Shown: positions 10,242 through 20,881, counted from the stretch's first letter. The stretch: 64,000 bases of DNA from Verrucomicrobiota bacterium (GCA_016721945.1 JADKHC010000019.1:12370-76369); one strand, 5' to 3'. Notes: generated by a model from the letters alone, not told the origin. Program-made: numbers and translations.

Positions 10242-13200
10242 CTAGCTTCGTTTGGACCAGCGGCGGTCTTGTTTGAGCTCGAGACGTTTGGTTTCGAGTT
10301 CGACCCCGGCGACGGCCGGGTGGGCGCGGAGTTGCTGAAATTTCGCGGGATTGAGTTTCCAGCCGAGTGCGCTGCTGGCGTCGGAGACAGCGGTGGCTCG
10401 TTGTTCGAAGACGAAGGCGATGGAGGTCTTGGTCTCGCCGACATTTTTGTTGAGCGTATCGCGGAGCAGTTGGAGGAAATCGTTCAGCTGCGGGTGTTGC
10501 GGGTGAACGAGCCAGGTAACGCGTTTGACCGAACCAAGAACAAAGTTTTCCAACGGGTAACATTCCTTCACGTTGATGCGCGCGCCGTCCTGGCCGACGA
10601 TGATATTGCCCTGCACGAGCACCGGTGTGTTTTCGATGAGATTGAGCGAATACGCGGCGTAGGCGTCGGCGAACATGTTCAGCGCAACCGACGCGCGCTT
10701 CGTCGCAAACGTGAAGGCAGCCCAGGGGCGGTTGTCTTTCTTCGAAAGTTTTTTCGCGATGGTTCCAACGATGCCGCAAAGGCGGAATTCGGTGCGGTCG
10801 GGTTGGTTGAGCAACTGGTCGACGGGGAAGGTGTCGATCGCCTCGGCGAGGCCGGTGTAGGCATTGAGCGGGTGGCCGGAGACGTAAAAGCCGAGGAGCT
10901 CTTTTTCGAACGTGAGGCGTTCGGTCGAGGTGAAATCGCTCGCGGTCTCGGTTTGCGCGGCGGGCGCAGCTGCACGGTCCTTCGAGCCGCCCTTGCCTTT
11001 TTTGGCGGTGGGGGCGGGTTCATCGGCGAGCATGTCGAGCATGTTGAACTGGCCGGCGGCGCGGTCGCGTGCGTGCGAAGCGGCACCGGCGATGGCGGCA
11101 TCGATGCTGTCGAAAAGTTTTTTTCGCGGGGCGCCGCTGTAGTCGAAGGCACCGGTTTTTACGAGGTGCTCAAGCACGCGCTTGTTGATGGATTTGCCAT
11201 CGACGCGACGGACGAGGTCTTCGAAGTCCACGTAGGGGCCGTTTTTCACGCGCTCTTCGAGGATCTTTTGCGCGGCACCTTCACCCACGCCTTTGATACC
11301 GGCCATACCGAAACGAATCTTATCGCCAACCGGGGTGAAATTCTCGCGCGATTCGTTGACGTCGGGGCCGAGGACGGTGAGGCCCATGGCTTCGCACTCG
11401 GCGATGAAGTGGGCGACTTTTTCGGAATTGCCGAGCTCCGCCGTGAGCACGGCGGCCATGAATTGCACCGGGTAGTTGGCTTTCAAATACGCCGTCTGGT
11501 ACGCGACCATCGCATAGGCGGCGGAGTGCGATTTGTTGAAACCGTACTGGGCGAACTTGTTGAGCAAATCGAAGATTTCGTTGGCCTTCTTTTCGTCGAT
11601 GTCGTGGGTCGTTTTGGCACCGGCGACGAATTTCACGCGCTCCTTGGCCATGCCCTCGACGTCCTTTTTACCCATGGCGCGGCGGAGCATGTCGGCGCCA
11701 CCGAGGGTGTAACCGGCGATGACGCGGGCGCACTCCATAACCTGTTCCTGATAGACGATGATGCCGTAGGTTTCCTTGAGAACGGGTTCGAGCAGCTTGT
11801 GGGGATAGCTGATGGTTTCGGGATCTTTTTTGCCGCGCGCGTAGTCGGGGATGAACTGCATCGGGCCCGGTCGATAGAGCGCGGAAATAGCGTTAATGTC
11901 GTCGATGTTGGAGATGCCGACGAGTTTCGACGCGTTCTGCATACCGCCGGATTCGAGCTGAAAGACGCCGACCGTCTTGCCGGAGTTGAGCAGGGTGTAG
12001 GTTTTCGGGTCGTCGAGCGGAATGGGCTCGATGTCGAATTTCGGATCAGCGGTGAGGCGGACGTTTTTCACCGCGTCGTCGATCACGGTAAGCGTCTTGA
12101 GGCCGAGAAAATCCATTTTCAGCAGGCCGAGCTTGCCCACTGCGTTCATGTCGTACTGCACGGTGACGTCGCCTTCTTGCAGCGTGAGCGGGACGAATTC
12201 GTCGAGCGGGCGGTCGGTGATGATGATGCCGGCGGCGTGCTTGCCGGTGTTGCGCACCATGCCTTCGAGCACGCGCGCCTGATCCATGATTTTCTTCGCG
12301 ACGGGATTGCGGGCAACTTCGTTGCGGAGATCGGCGGACTTCGTGATGGCGTCTTCGAGCGAGATGTTGATCTCGTCGGGGATCATTTTGGCGATACGAT
12401 CCGCTTCGGCATAGGGCAGGTCGTTGACGCGTGAGACGTCGCGGATGACCATCTTCGCGCCGAGCGTGCCGTAGGTGATGATGTTCGCGACGCAGTCGTT
12501 GCCGTATTTCTGGCGGACGTAGTTGATGACCTCCTCGCGACGGCGCATGCAGAAATCGATATCGAAGTCGGGCGGCGAAACGCGTTCAGGATTCAGGAAG
12601 CGCTCGAACAGCAGGCCGAAGCGGATCGGATCGATATTGGTGATGGCGAGCAGGTAGGCGATGAGACAGCCTGCGCCGGAACCGCGGCCCGGGCCGACGG
12701 GGATGTCGTGTTTCTTGGCCCAGTGAATGAAATCCCAGACGACGAGGAAGTAATCGACGAAACCGGTGATGTTGATGATCGAGAGTTCGTAACCCATGCG
12801 CACGACGAGGAGTTCGTCGGGGGCGAGGCCGGTGTAGTCGGGCGGCTGGGGCTTCTTGCCTTCGGGAAGGTTGGTCAGTTTCGCGAGACGTTCGGCGACG
12901 ATCGGGTGTTTGGCGATGTCGGCTTGGTCGACGTTGTAGCGGTGCTTCAGTCCTTCGACGCAGAGTTGAAAGAGATAGTCGGTGCGGTCGACGGTGATTT
13001 CTGGCGGTAGCGGGTATTTCGGGTAGCGCTCGCTGCCTTTCGGAAAGGGAATGGCGAGGTCGCACATCTCGGCGACGAGCTGAGTGTTGGTCAGCGATTC
13101 TGGGATTTCGCCGAAGAGCTTGGCCATCTCGTCGCGCGATTTGAGATAAAATTCATTTGTGCTGAACCGCATGCGGTTCTCCTCGGCGATCTTCGAGCCG

Positions 13201-13895
13201 GTCTGAATGCAGAGCATGGCGTCGTGCGGGCCGGCGTCTTCGGCGCGGACGTAGTGGACGTCGTTCGTGCAGATGACCTTGAGGTTAAACTCCTCGGCGA
13301 GCTTGAGCAGTCCGGGGATGATTTTACGCTGCTCGGGCAGGCCGTGGTCCTGGATTTCGACGAAAAAGTTCTCGCGGCCGAAGACATCGACGAAGCGCGC
13401 GGTGGCCTTGCGGGCGTCTTCCTCGCGGTCGTTTAACAGGTGTTGGGGGACGATTGCGGCGAGACAACCGCTGAAAGCGATGAGCCCACCTGAGTATTTT
13501 GTGAGCGTTTCCCAATCCGCGCGCGGTTTATAATAGAAGCCTTTTAGGTGTGCGTCGGAGACAAGCTTGAGCAGGTTTTGGTAGCCTTGGAGATTCTTCG
13601 CGAGCAGGCCGAGGTGGTAGTAACTTTTACCGTCTTCAGCGCGGCCGTTTTTCTCCAAGCGGGAGTTTTCGACGAGGTAGATCTCACAGCCGATGAGTGG
13701 CTTTATGTTTTTCTCCTTGGCTGTCTTATAAAACTCGATGGCACCGAAAAGATTGCCGTGATCGGTGAGCGCGAGGGCGTTCATGCCGAGGCTCACGGCG
13801 CGGTCCATCAGGCGGTCGATCCGGCAGGCGCCGTCCAACAAACTGTAGTCTGTGTGGACGTGGAGATGGATGAAATTCTTGTCGGCAGATGGCAC
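10242..13895 (-). CDS. dnaE: DNA polymerase III alpha subunit
   Basis: 1217-aa ORF. N-terminal PHP domain FIHLHVHTDYSLLDGA, then ...GPGRGSGAGCLIAYLLAITNIDP..., HhH and OB regions. Confidence 0.97.
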   Translation of the reverse strand: MPSADKNFIHLHVHTDYSLLDGACRIDRLMDRAVSLGMNALALTDHGNLFGAIEFYKTAKEKNIKPLIGCEIYLVENSRLEKNGRAEDGKSYYHLGLLAKNLQGYQNLLKLVSDAHLKGFYYKPRADWETLTKYSGGLIAFSGCLAAIVPQHLLNDREEDARKATARFVDVFGRENFFVEIQDHGLPEQRKIIPGLLKLAEEFNLKVICTNDVHYVRAEDAGPHDAMLCIQTGSKIAEENRMRFSTNEFYLKSRDEMAKLFGEIPESLTNTQLVAEMCDLAIPFPKGSERYPKYPLPPEITVDRTDYLFQLCVEGLKHRYNVDQADIAKHPIVAERLAKLTNLPEGKKPQPPDYTGLAPDELLVVRMGYELSIINITGFVDYFLVVWDFIHWAKKHDIPVGPGRGSGAGCLIAYLLAITNIDPIRFGLLFERFLNPERVSPPDFDIDFCMRRREEVINYVRQKYGNDCVANIITYGTLGAKMVIRDVSRVNDLPYAEADRIAKMIPDEINISLEDAITKSADLRNEVARNPVAKKIMDQARVLEGMVRNTGKHAAGIIITDRPLDEFVPLTLQEGDVTVQYDMNAVGKLGLLKMDFLGLKTLTVIDDAVKNVRLTADPKFDIEPIPLDDPKTYTLLNSGKTVGVFQLESGGMQNASKLVGISNIDDINAISALYRPGPMQFIPDYARGKKDPETISYPHKLLEPVLKETYGIIVYQEQVMECARVIAGYTLGGADMLRRAMGKKDVEGMAKERVKFVAGAKTTHDIDEKKANEIFDLLNKFAQYGFNKSHSAAYAMVAYQTAYLKANYPVQFMAAVLTAELGNSEKVAHFIAECEAMGLTVLGPDVNESRENFTPVGDKIRFGMAGIKGVGEGAAQKILEERVKNGPYVDFEDLVRRVDGKSINKRVLEHLVKTGAFDYSGAPRKKLFDSIDAAIAGAASHARDRAAGQFNMLDMLADEPAPTAKKGKGGSKDRAAAPAAQTETASDFTSTERLTFEKELLGFYVSGHPLNAYTGLAEAIDTFPVDQLLNQPDRTEFRLCGIVGTIAKKLSKKDNRPWAAFTFATKRASVALNMFADAYAAYSLNLIENTPVLVQGNIIVGQDGARINVKECYPLENFVLGSVKRVTWLVHPQHPQLNDFLQLLRDTLNKNVGETKTSIAFVFEQRATAVSDASSALGWKLNPAKFQQLRAHPAVAGVELETKRLELKQDRRWSKRS

Positions 13896-14009
13896 GGCAG
13901 ATCAGGCAAGGACGGATGCGAGTTTTTTCAAAGGGTAAAATACGTTTGACGGCGTAAAAATTATTTTGCCTATTCGTCGTCTTTTTCCGTTCACCAACCC
14001 GTCTGACAC

Positions 14010-14207
14010 ATGTCCATCGAAATCAAAATCCGCAAAAACGAGCCAGTTGATCGTGCGATTCGCCGCATGAAGAAGAAGCTCGATCGCGAGAACATCATCA
14101 AAGGTGTCCGCGCTAAGCGTTATCACGAGAAGCCGTGCGAAAAGCGCCGCCGCAAAGAGAAGGTCATGGCCTTCACCGCTATGCTGCGCCGCCGCCACGC
14201 CGAATAA
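14010..14207 (+). CDS. rpsU: 30S ribosomal protein S21
   Basis: 65 aa, MSIEIKIRKNEPVDRAIRRMKKKLDRENIIKGVRAKRYHEKPCEKRRRKEK, a classical bS21 sequence. Confidence 0.95.
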   Translation: MSIEIKIRKNEPVDRAIRRMKKKLDRENIIKGVRAKRYHEKPCEKRRRKEKVMAFTAMLRRRHAE

Positions 14208-14233
14208 GCGTAGTCGCGCATTTGCTCACTTTA

Positions 14234-14277
14234 GACGACCGCCTCCCGACAACGGAGAGCGGTCGTTTTTGTTTTTT
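14234..14277 (+). terminator. Rho-independent terminator after rpsU
   Basis: Stem gacgaccgcctcc / ggagagcggtcgt followed by tttttgtttttt. Confidence 0.7.
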
Positions 14278-14341
14278 GGCGTTGCGGGTCGGGTCGGGAA
14301 CCTTCTGTTAACCAGTTGGGATTTCCGTATCGGTTAAACGA

Positions 14342-15280
14342 TTGAAACCAACGCTTTCACTTTCCTCCTGCTGGTGCTCAGCCCGTCACAACGACGGTTA
14401 TGAGATGCTGCGCGAGATCGCGGACCTGGGGTTTTCCCATGTGGAGCTGAGCCACGGTATCCGCATCACGCTCGTGCCGGGCATTCTGAAGGCGATTGAT
14501 GAAGGTGTGATAAAAGTGGGTTCGGCGCATAATTTTTGCCCGTTGCCGACCGGCATCACGCAGGCCGCGCCCAATCTTTTTGAGCCCTCGGCGGAAGATG
14601 GTCGCGAGCATGATCAATGGTTGCGGCATACGAAACGTTCGATCGACTTCGCCGCGCAGATGAACGCCCGGGTGCTAGTCCTGCACCTTGGACGCGTGGA
14701 ATTTTTTATTGGTAATCCCGCGGACAAGCTCGACGCCTATGCTGAAAAGCACCACGGCGTGGATCTCACGGCGGATCCGAAATACAAACGCCTCCTCGAA
14801 GCGGCGTTGAAACGGCTGCGTAATTGCATGCCGCCGTATTGGGAGCGGGTGAAGGTTAGCATCGAAGAGGTGAGGGCCTACGCAGCGGAACGCGGTGTCG
14901 CGCTGGGTTTCGAGAATCGCGAAAAATTCGACGAACTCCCGCTCGACGACGATTTTGAAAAGCTCATCTACGGCGTCACTCAGCCAAACACTGTGGGCTA
15001 CTGGCACGATACCGGCCACGCCGAGATCAAGCAACGCATGGGCTTGCTCAAACAGCGCGAACACCTCGAAAAACACGCCGGGCGCCTGATCGGTTTTCAT
15101 CTGCACGATGTCGACGCCGAAGGTCGCGATCACCGGCCGGTCGGCACGGGCACGGTGGATTTCGAAATGATCAGTTCGTTTTGGAAACCGCACCACTTGC
15201 TCGTCCTAGAATTCAGTCCGCGCCTTTCGGTCGAAGACGTGAAGCAATCCAAGCAGCGTATCGAAGCGCTCATGAAGTAG
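14342..15280 (+). CDS. Sugar phosphate isomerase/epimerase (xylose-isomerase-like TIM barrel)
   Basis: 312-aa ORF starting at TTG 14342. GFSHVELSH..., RVLVLHLG, GFENRE, WHDTGHAE and HLHD are typical AP_endonuc_2 / TIM-barrel metal-ligand motifs. The start is uncertain; an internal ATG lies at codon 22. Confidence 0.75.
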   Translation: MKPTLSLSSCWCSARHNDGYEMLREIADLGFSHVELSHGIRITLVPGILKAIDEGVIKVGSAHNFCPLPTGITQAAPNLFEPSAEDGREHDQWLRHTKRSIDFAAQMNARVLVLHLGRVEFFIGNPADKLDAYAEKHHGVDLTADPKYKRLLEAALKRLRNCMPPYWERVKVSIEEVRAYAAERGVALGFENREKFDELPLDDDFEKLIYGVTQPNTVGYWHDTGHAEIKQRMGLLKQREHLEKHAGRLIGFHLHDVDAEGRDHRPVGTGTVDFEMISSFWKPHHLLVLEFSPRLSVEDVKQSKQRIEALMK

Positions 15281-15292
15281 CTGACTCTTTTT

Positions 15293-16168
15293 ATGAAACC
15301 AAAAATCCGTCTGATCACTGTCTTGTTATTCACGTGGACGATGTTGTTCGCCCTCCGTGCTGGTGCTGAAAGCGTTCCTGCGGCCGCTCCCGTCGCTCCA
15401 CCGGCGGTTGCTCCTTCAGTCGTTCAGACCGAACTCCGGCAGCTTGTGGGGAAAATTAAAGCCAAGCTCCAGTCCGGTGCTCGCAACGAGGAGGCTTTGA
15501 CCGAAGAGTTGAAAGGCTTCGATGCGATTATCGCTGCGCACAAAGGCGAGCAGGCCGAGGATCTCGCTCAGGTTTTGTTTATGAAAGCCATGCTCTACAT
15601 CGAGGTGCTGAAGGATCTCGATAAAGGAGAAAACCTATTAAAACAACTAAAGCAGGATTACCCAAAAACCCAACTCGCACAAAAAGTGGACGGCCTTTTA
15701 CCCGTGATCGCACAGCAACGGGAGACGCAAAAAATACAGGCTGCGTTTGCGCCAGGCGCCCAGTTCCCGGACTTCGACGAAAAAGACATCGAAGGTAAAC
15801 CGCTCTCAATCGCCAAATTCAAAGGCAAAATTGTGCTGGTCGATTTCTGGGCGACTTGGTGCGGACCCTGCGTGGCCGAGTTGCCCAATGTCCTTGAGGC
15901 CTATAAAAAATATCACGACAAGGGTTTCGAAATCATTGGCATCAGCCTGGACAAGGAAGAGGCAAAGTTTAAGGCCTTCATCGCCGAAAAAGGCATGACG
16001 TGGTCGCACTATTTCGACGGTCTTGGTTGGAGCAGCAAACTCGGCAAGAAGTACGGCATCGAAAGCATCCCTGCGACGTTCCTGCTTGATCGCGATGGCA
16101 AGGTCATTGCCAAAGGACTGCGCGGTCCTGCTCTCCTGGCTGAACTGGAAAAACAGCTCGGCAAATAA
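15293..16168 (+). CDS. TlpA-like periplasmic thiol:disulfide oxidoreductase (helical N-domain plus thioredoxin fold)
   Basis: 291-aa ORF. Signal peptide, then KGKIVLVDFWATWCGPCVAELP (CxxC) and ...YGIESIPATFLLDRDGKV. Confidence 0.85.
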   Translation: MKPKIRLITVLLFTWTMLFALRAGAESVPAAAPVAPPAVAPSVVQTELRQLVGKIKAKLQSGARNEEALTEELKGFDAIIAAHKGEQAEDLAQVLFMKAMLYIEVLKDLDKGENLLKQLKQDYPKTQLAQKVDGLLPVIAQQRETQKIQAAFAPGAQFPDFDEKDIEGKPLSIAKFKGKIVLVDFWATWCGPCVAELPNVLEAYKKYHDKGFEIIGISLDKEEAKFKAFIAEKGMTWSHYFDGLGWSSKLGKKYGIESIPATFLLDRDGKVIAKGLRGPALLAELEKQLGK

Positions 16169-16196
16169 GCTTCGCCGCAGGTCTCTTTTTCATGCG

Positions 16197-16230
16197 AGCC
16201 CACCTCAAAAGGGTGGGCTTTTTGCGTTTT
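16197..16230 (+). terminator. Rho-independent terminator
   Basis: agcccacc-tcaaaa-gggtgggct followed by ttttgcgtttt, 29 nt after the stop at 16168. Confidence 0.75.
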
Positions 16231-16263
16231 CCCCCGGCTTTGGCCCTAGCAATGCAGGTTAGG

Positions 16264-16337
16264 GGTGGAGCCCGTTGTCCCAACGGGCTGGTTTAAGAGC
16301 GGCTCCGATCAAGCCCGATGGGACATCGGGCTCCACC
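16264..16337. repeat. 74-bp palindromic element, GGTGGAGCCC...GGGCTCCACC, with two hairpins (copy 1)
   Basis: Perfect 10-bp terminal inverted repeat. Internal hairpins gcccgttgtcccaacgggc and gcccgatgggacatcgggc. An inverted near-identical copy lies at 26219-26294. Confidence 0.85.
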
Positions 16338-16405
16338 TTCGGTACACCGATCTAATGCGTTGGCTGTTCAAAGCCTCGCTGCATTTCCTGCAACCGGCTG
16401 AATCT

Positions 16406-16684
16406 TTACGGATGAACTGCGCTTTGAGCGTGCTGGTGAGAGGCCGCAGGCGAGTGACTGGAAGTGCTTTGCAGTTTGGCCCGACGATCAGCGCGCCAAG
16501 CTTCGCGGTGCTTGCGGATCCAGTCGAGCAAGGCGCGTTCGAAGCCGATGTCGTAGCCGAGTCGTTCGGATTCGATCCATTTATGCCTGAGGATCTCCTC
16601 TCGCTCCGCTAGAAACTCCTGGTAAAGACTCGATTGCTTTACGAAGTCGCGAGAGGGTTCTTGATGTTGAAGAGGTGACGGCAT
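16406..16684 (-). CDS. Small conserved hypothetical protein (possible DUF4032-like motif)
   Basis: 92-aa ORF with protein-like composition. ILRHKWIESERLGYDIGFERALLDWIRKH resembles the H-W-x-SE..G.D.G motif I associate with DUF4032. This is from memory only. Confidence 0.5.
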   Translation of the reverse strand: MPSPLQHQEPSRDFVKQSSLYQEFLAEREEILRHKWIESERLGYDIGFERALLDWIRKHREAWRADRRAKLQSTSSHSPAASHQHAQSAVHP

Positions 16685-17131
16685 GGTGACTGCAACTGAG
16701 CTGAATTAGTTTACACTGGAATTGGAAAACGGTTCGCTTAGCCCTCAGTTTTCTCGAATCTTCTTAGGTTGCTGGTTTTCAATAACCTACAGATCGCACC
16801 CGTATCTCGGCGGAACTTTGTGCATCGTGTCGGCGACGAAACACCACGCGGATGCGTGTCTGACATGAAGCCGGGATCTTGACGGGTGATCATGGATTGC
16901 GGTGCTGGTGCTGCGACTGACAGCTCACTCGTAGCAAGACGTTGTGCGAGTGAACTCAAATTATGCTGTCTAAAAAGTAAGTCAGGGCGGCACGCTGTCA
17001 ATGACTTGATCGCCCTGTGAGTTCTTCCGGAATCTAAAAACGTTGCTGTCCTAGGTGGGGCTCAATCTTTGCATGGATTCTTTTCATGGCAGGCTTTCCT
17101 TGGCCACGGATAAAAGTTGAGGCCGTTCGCC

Positions 17132-18196
17132 TTACTTTTGAGCGAGTTGCTGGAGTAGGTTTTTGGATATTTCCCTGAAAATCTCAGCGACTTCTCCGTC
17201 GGGGCTGACGACGACGATTGGCTGTCCGCTGTCACCGCAGGCACGGATTTCTTCGACGAGCGGAAGTTTGCCGAGAAGGATAGTGCCGAGGGCTTCGGCG
17301 GTGTTGTGGCCGCCGCCTTCGCCGAAGACGGTGTGGCGGTTGCCCAGCGGATCGATGAAGTAACTCATGTTCTCGGCCACGCCGAGGAGCGGGACGTTGA
17401 CCTTTTGGAACATCAGGCCGCCCTTGCGCGCGATTTGCGCCGCCGCGAGCTGTGGTGTGGTGACGAGTACGGCGCCGTCGAGTGGGATGGTTTGTACGAG
17501 CGAGAGTTGAGCGTCGCCGGTGCCGGGCGGCAGATCGATGAGGAGGATATCGAGTTCGCCCCATTTCACATTTTGGACGAACTGCTGCACGGTTTTCATG
17601 ATCATCGGCCCGCGCCAGACGACCGGAGTGTTTTCATCAACAAGGAAGCCCATGCTCATGACTTTCACGCCATGATTTTCCAAGGGGATCAGGGTGTCGC
17701 CGTCGACCATGGGTCGGCCGGTGATGCCGATCATAAGCGGCACGGACGGGCCGTAGATGTCGCAATCCATCAAGCCGACACGGCCGGGACGACCTTGCGC
17801 GGTGAGGATCTGGGCGAGCGAACAGGCGAGGTTGACGGCAAACGTGGATTTGCCGACGCCGCCTTTTCCGGAAGCGATGGCGACCGAACGCGCGATGCCG
17901 ACGGGCGCAGTGCCGCCGCCGAGATTTCCCTGTCCCGGTGCGGGCGGAGTTTTTGCGGCCGACACGGCGACATCGACAATGGTGTCTTTCACGCCGGGCA
18001 GCGCGAGCAGGCACTTCTCGACTTCGGTTTTGACGAAGAGCGGAATTTTCGGGTCCGACGTGGTGAGCGCGAGCGAGACTTTGGCGGTGCCGTCCACGAA
18101 AGCAGCGGAGCGAACCAAGCCAAACGAAACGATGTCGCGGCTGAATCCAGGATACTTAACTTGTTTGAGGGCCTCTTTGATTTCGTCGGAAGTCAC
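17132..18196 (-). CDS. apbC: Mrp/NBP35-family Fe-S cluster carrier ATPase
   Basis: 354 aa. N-terminal DUF59-like domain (YPGFSRDIVSFGLV), deviant Walker A SGKGGVGKST, and the CDIYGPS and DLPPGTGD motifs. Confidence 0.92.
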   Translation of the reverse strand: MTSDEIKEALKQVKYPGFSRDIVSFGLVRSAAFVDGTAKVSLALTTSDPKIPLFVKTEVEKCLLALPGVKDTIVDVAVSAAKTPPAPGQGNLGGGTAPVGIARSVAIASGKGGVGKSTFAVNLACSLAQILTAQGRPGRVGLMDCDIYGPSVPLMIGITGRPMVDGDTLIPLENHGVKVMSMGFLVDENTPVVWRGPMIMKTVQQFVQNVKWGELDILLIDLPPGTGDAQLSLVQTIPLDGAVLVTTPQLAAAQIARKGGLMFQKVNVPLLGVAENMSYFIDPLGNRHTVFGEGGGHNTAEALGTILLGKLPLVEEIRACGDSGQPIVVVSPDGEVAEIFREISKNLLQQLAQK

Positions 18197-18299
18197 GATG
18201 GTATTTTTTGGAACTGGAAAGTTTTAGCGTTGTTATGCGGGCTTGGGCTGTAAATAGAAATGGCCTGCTCCTTTTTATTAATACGCGATAAATTTCTCC

Positions 18300-19472
18300 A
18301 TGCAAAAACTCCTGCAACTTTTCTTGGTTTTAGTTTTGGGTACGGTGGCAAATCAATCATTTGCCGCTCTCGATATCGGCGATGTGATGGTCGAAGGCTC
18401 GAATGCCATCGCGATTCAGGTTTCCGGTGCGTCTGGCGAGCTGGATGCGATGGCGCATCAAGCGTTCGCTGCGCACGGTGCCTATCGTCGCGTGACGAGT
18501 GGAGGCGCGTTCGAAATCCGCTTTTCCAGCGTCGGTGCGAATCAGGTGAACGTTCAGGTGATTAAAGGTGGTTCGGTAATCCTGAACCAAAACGCCAACG
18601 GCACGAGCACGCGTAATGCGTTCTATCGCGCGGCCGATGCAGCGGTGAAAGCCACGAGCGGCCTGAATGGTTTCTTTGCCGCCAAGCTCGCATTCATTAG
18701 CAATCGCACGGGCAAGGACGAGGTTTACGTGGGCGATCTCTTCATGGGCGAAGTGAAACAAATCACCCGCGACAACGCCTTTGCCCTGACGCCGCGCTGG
18801 TCGCCCGAAGGCTCGCGCTTGATTTACACGAGCTATTTCAAATCCGGTTTTCCCGATATCTACTTGATCAACCTCGCCAATAACGACCGCACGAAGTTTG
18901 CGAGTTTCCAGGGCACCAACAGCGGCGCGCGTTTCAGCCCGAACGGCTTGAAAGTCGCCATGGTGCTGAGCGGCGAAGGCACCCCGGAAATCTATTCGGC
19001 ACCGGCCAGTGGCAAACCTGTTTCGCGTCTCACGCGTTCAGATGCGGTCAAGTCGTCGCCGTGTTTTTCTCCCGATAGCAGCCGGATCGTCTATGCGTCT
19101 GAACCTGGTCCGCAACTCTACATCATGTCGGCGAGCGGTGGCGGCAGCCAACGTGTGGGCGGCGGACTTGGCAGCTATTGCGCCGAGCCGGACTGGAGCC
19201 GGGCAGATCCGAGCAAGATCGCTTTTACTTTCCGCGACGGTAGTCGTTTCCAGATTGCGGTGCTCGATCTAAAAACCGGCCAGAGCAAAAAAGTCTCGAA
19301 GGCCGTTTACGACGGTGTTGAGCCGAACTGGCTGGCAGATGGAAGACACCTGATCTACACGGCGCGCGCGGCCGGTAGTCGTGCGCTCGTCATTCTGGAT
19401 ACCGAGTCAGGCCGCACGGTCCGCCTGGGCAACATTTCGGCCGAGAAGGCCAGTGTCTGGGGCCCGCAATAA
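18300..19472 (+). CDS. TolB-like periplasmic beta-propeller protein
   Basis: 390 aa. Signal peptide, TolB_N-like domain, then repeated PD40 motifs (PRWSPEGSRLIYTS, ARFSPNGLKVAMV, PCFSPDSSRIVYAS, PNWLADGRHLIYTA). No other tol-pal genes are nearby. Confidence 0.8.
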   Translation: MQKLLQLFLVLVLGTVANQSFAALDIGDVMVEGSNAIAIQVSGASGELDAMAHQAFAAHGAYRRVTSGGAFEIRFSSVGANQVNVQVIKGGSVILNQNANGTSTRNAFYRAADAAVKATSGLNGFFAAKLAFISNRTGKDEVYVGDLFMGEVKQITRDNAFALTPRWSPEGSRLIYTSYFKSGFPDIYLINLANNDRTKFASFQGTNSGARFSPNGLKVAMVLSGEGTPEIYSAPASGKPVSRLTRSDAVKSSPCFSPDSSRIVYASEPGPQLYIMSASGGGSQRVGGGLGSYCAEPDWSRADPSKIAFTFRDGSRFQIAVLDLKTGQSKKVSKAVYDGVEPNWLADGRHLIYTARAAGSRALVILDTESGRTVRLGNISAEKASVWGPQ

Positions 19473-19495
19473 GTCGAACCTTTATTTTGCGACAA

Positions 19496-19530
19496 TAAAA
19501 AAGCCGCACCGGATTCCGGTGCGGCTTTTT
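19496..19530. terminator. Bidirectional rho-independent terminator between the convergent tolB-like and SOD genes
   Basis: aaaaaagccgcaccgg-att-ccggtgcggcttttt: a perfect stem flanked by an A-run and a T-run. Confidence 0.85.
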
Positions 19531-19569
19531 ATCTTTTGGTGAGATAGAATGAAAGCAGTGTGATCGCGC

Positions 19570-20202
<633 letters not shown>

Positions 20203-20350
20203 GGTTGTTTCCTTTAGTTCGTTTTCTTTCTTAAGTGAGTGAAGAGAACCAGTAAGCGGGTCTGCGTCTGGGTCAACTCAGGGGCGGTAATAGTTTTCTG
20301 GCGCGTAGTGCGGTTGCGTTTGGTCGGGGCGCGCGCAGTCGTTTTTACGG

Positions 20351-20881
20351 TCAGGTTTCCTGCGCGCGTTTTAGCCGGAAGAAAGCCTGAATCAGATCGC
20401 GGCACTCGTTTTCGAGCACGCCGCCGGAGGTGATTTCGAGGTGGTGGTTAACGCGCGGAAGATCGTTGAGGTTGGTGGCACCGCCGAGGCAGCCCATTTT
20501 CGGATCGGGCACGGCGTAACAAACGCGTTTCAAACGCGACATGAGCGTGGCGCCGGAGCACATCGGGCAGGGCTCTTTCGTCACATATAGCGTGGCGCCG
20601 TCGAGCCGCCAGTCGCCGATGAGCGAGGCGGCCTGGGTGAGTGCGAGCATCTCGGCATGCGCGGTCGGATCGTGCGCGCTTTCGACGGTGTTGTGGGCCG
20701 AGGCGATGATTTCGCCGCCAAGCTCGATCACACAGCCGATGGGAACTTCGTCGAGCCGCCAGGCATCAATCGCCTGATTGTAGGCCAGGCTCATGAAGAA
20801 CGTGTCGTCGCGCACCAGCTGGGAGGGAAAGCGTTTTTCGAACGGGCAATCGAAGGCCGGTGCGGGAGAGGAAGAGGGCAT
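20351..20881 (-). CDS. tadA: tRNA-specific adenosine deaminase
   Basis: The ORF-track entry 20351..21226 is trimmed to the ATG at 20881 (MPSSSPAP...), because the upstream part overlaps the infA promoter region. CDA motifs HAEMLAL and PCPMCSGA are present. Confidence 0.85.
   Translation of the reverse strand: MPSSSPAPAFDCPFEKRFPSQLVRDDTFFMSLAYNQAIDAWRLDEVPIGCVIELGGEIIASAHNTVESAHDPTAHAEMLALTQAASLIGDWRLDGATLYVTKEPCPMCSGATLMSRLKRVCYAVPDPKMGCLGGATNLNDLPRVNHHLEITSGGVLENECRDLIQAFFRLKRAQET

Noticed and set aside
9852-12434. 860-aa ORF on the plus strand
   Set aside because: It is antisense to dnaE. Its Gly/Val/Arg/Glu-rich, low-information composition is typical of shadow ORFs in high-GC genes. 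The minus-strand frame has unmistakable DnaE motifs.
17306-18253. 315-aa plus-strand ORF
   Set aside because: Antisense shadow of apbC (Mrp), with no recognisable motifs.
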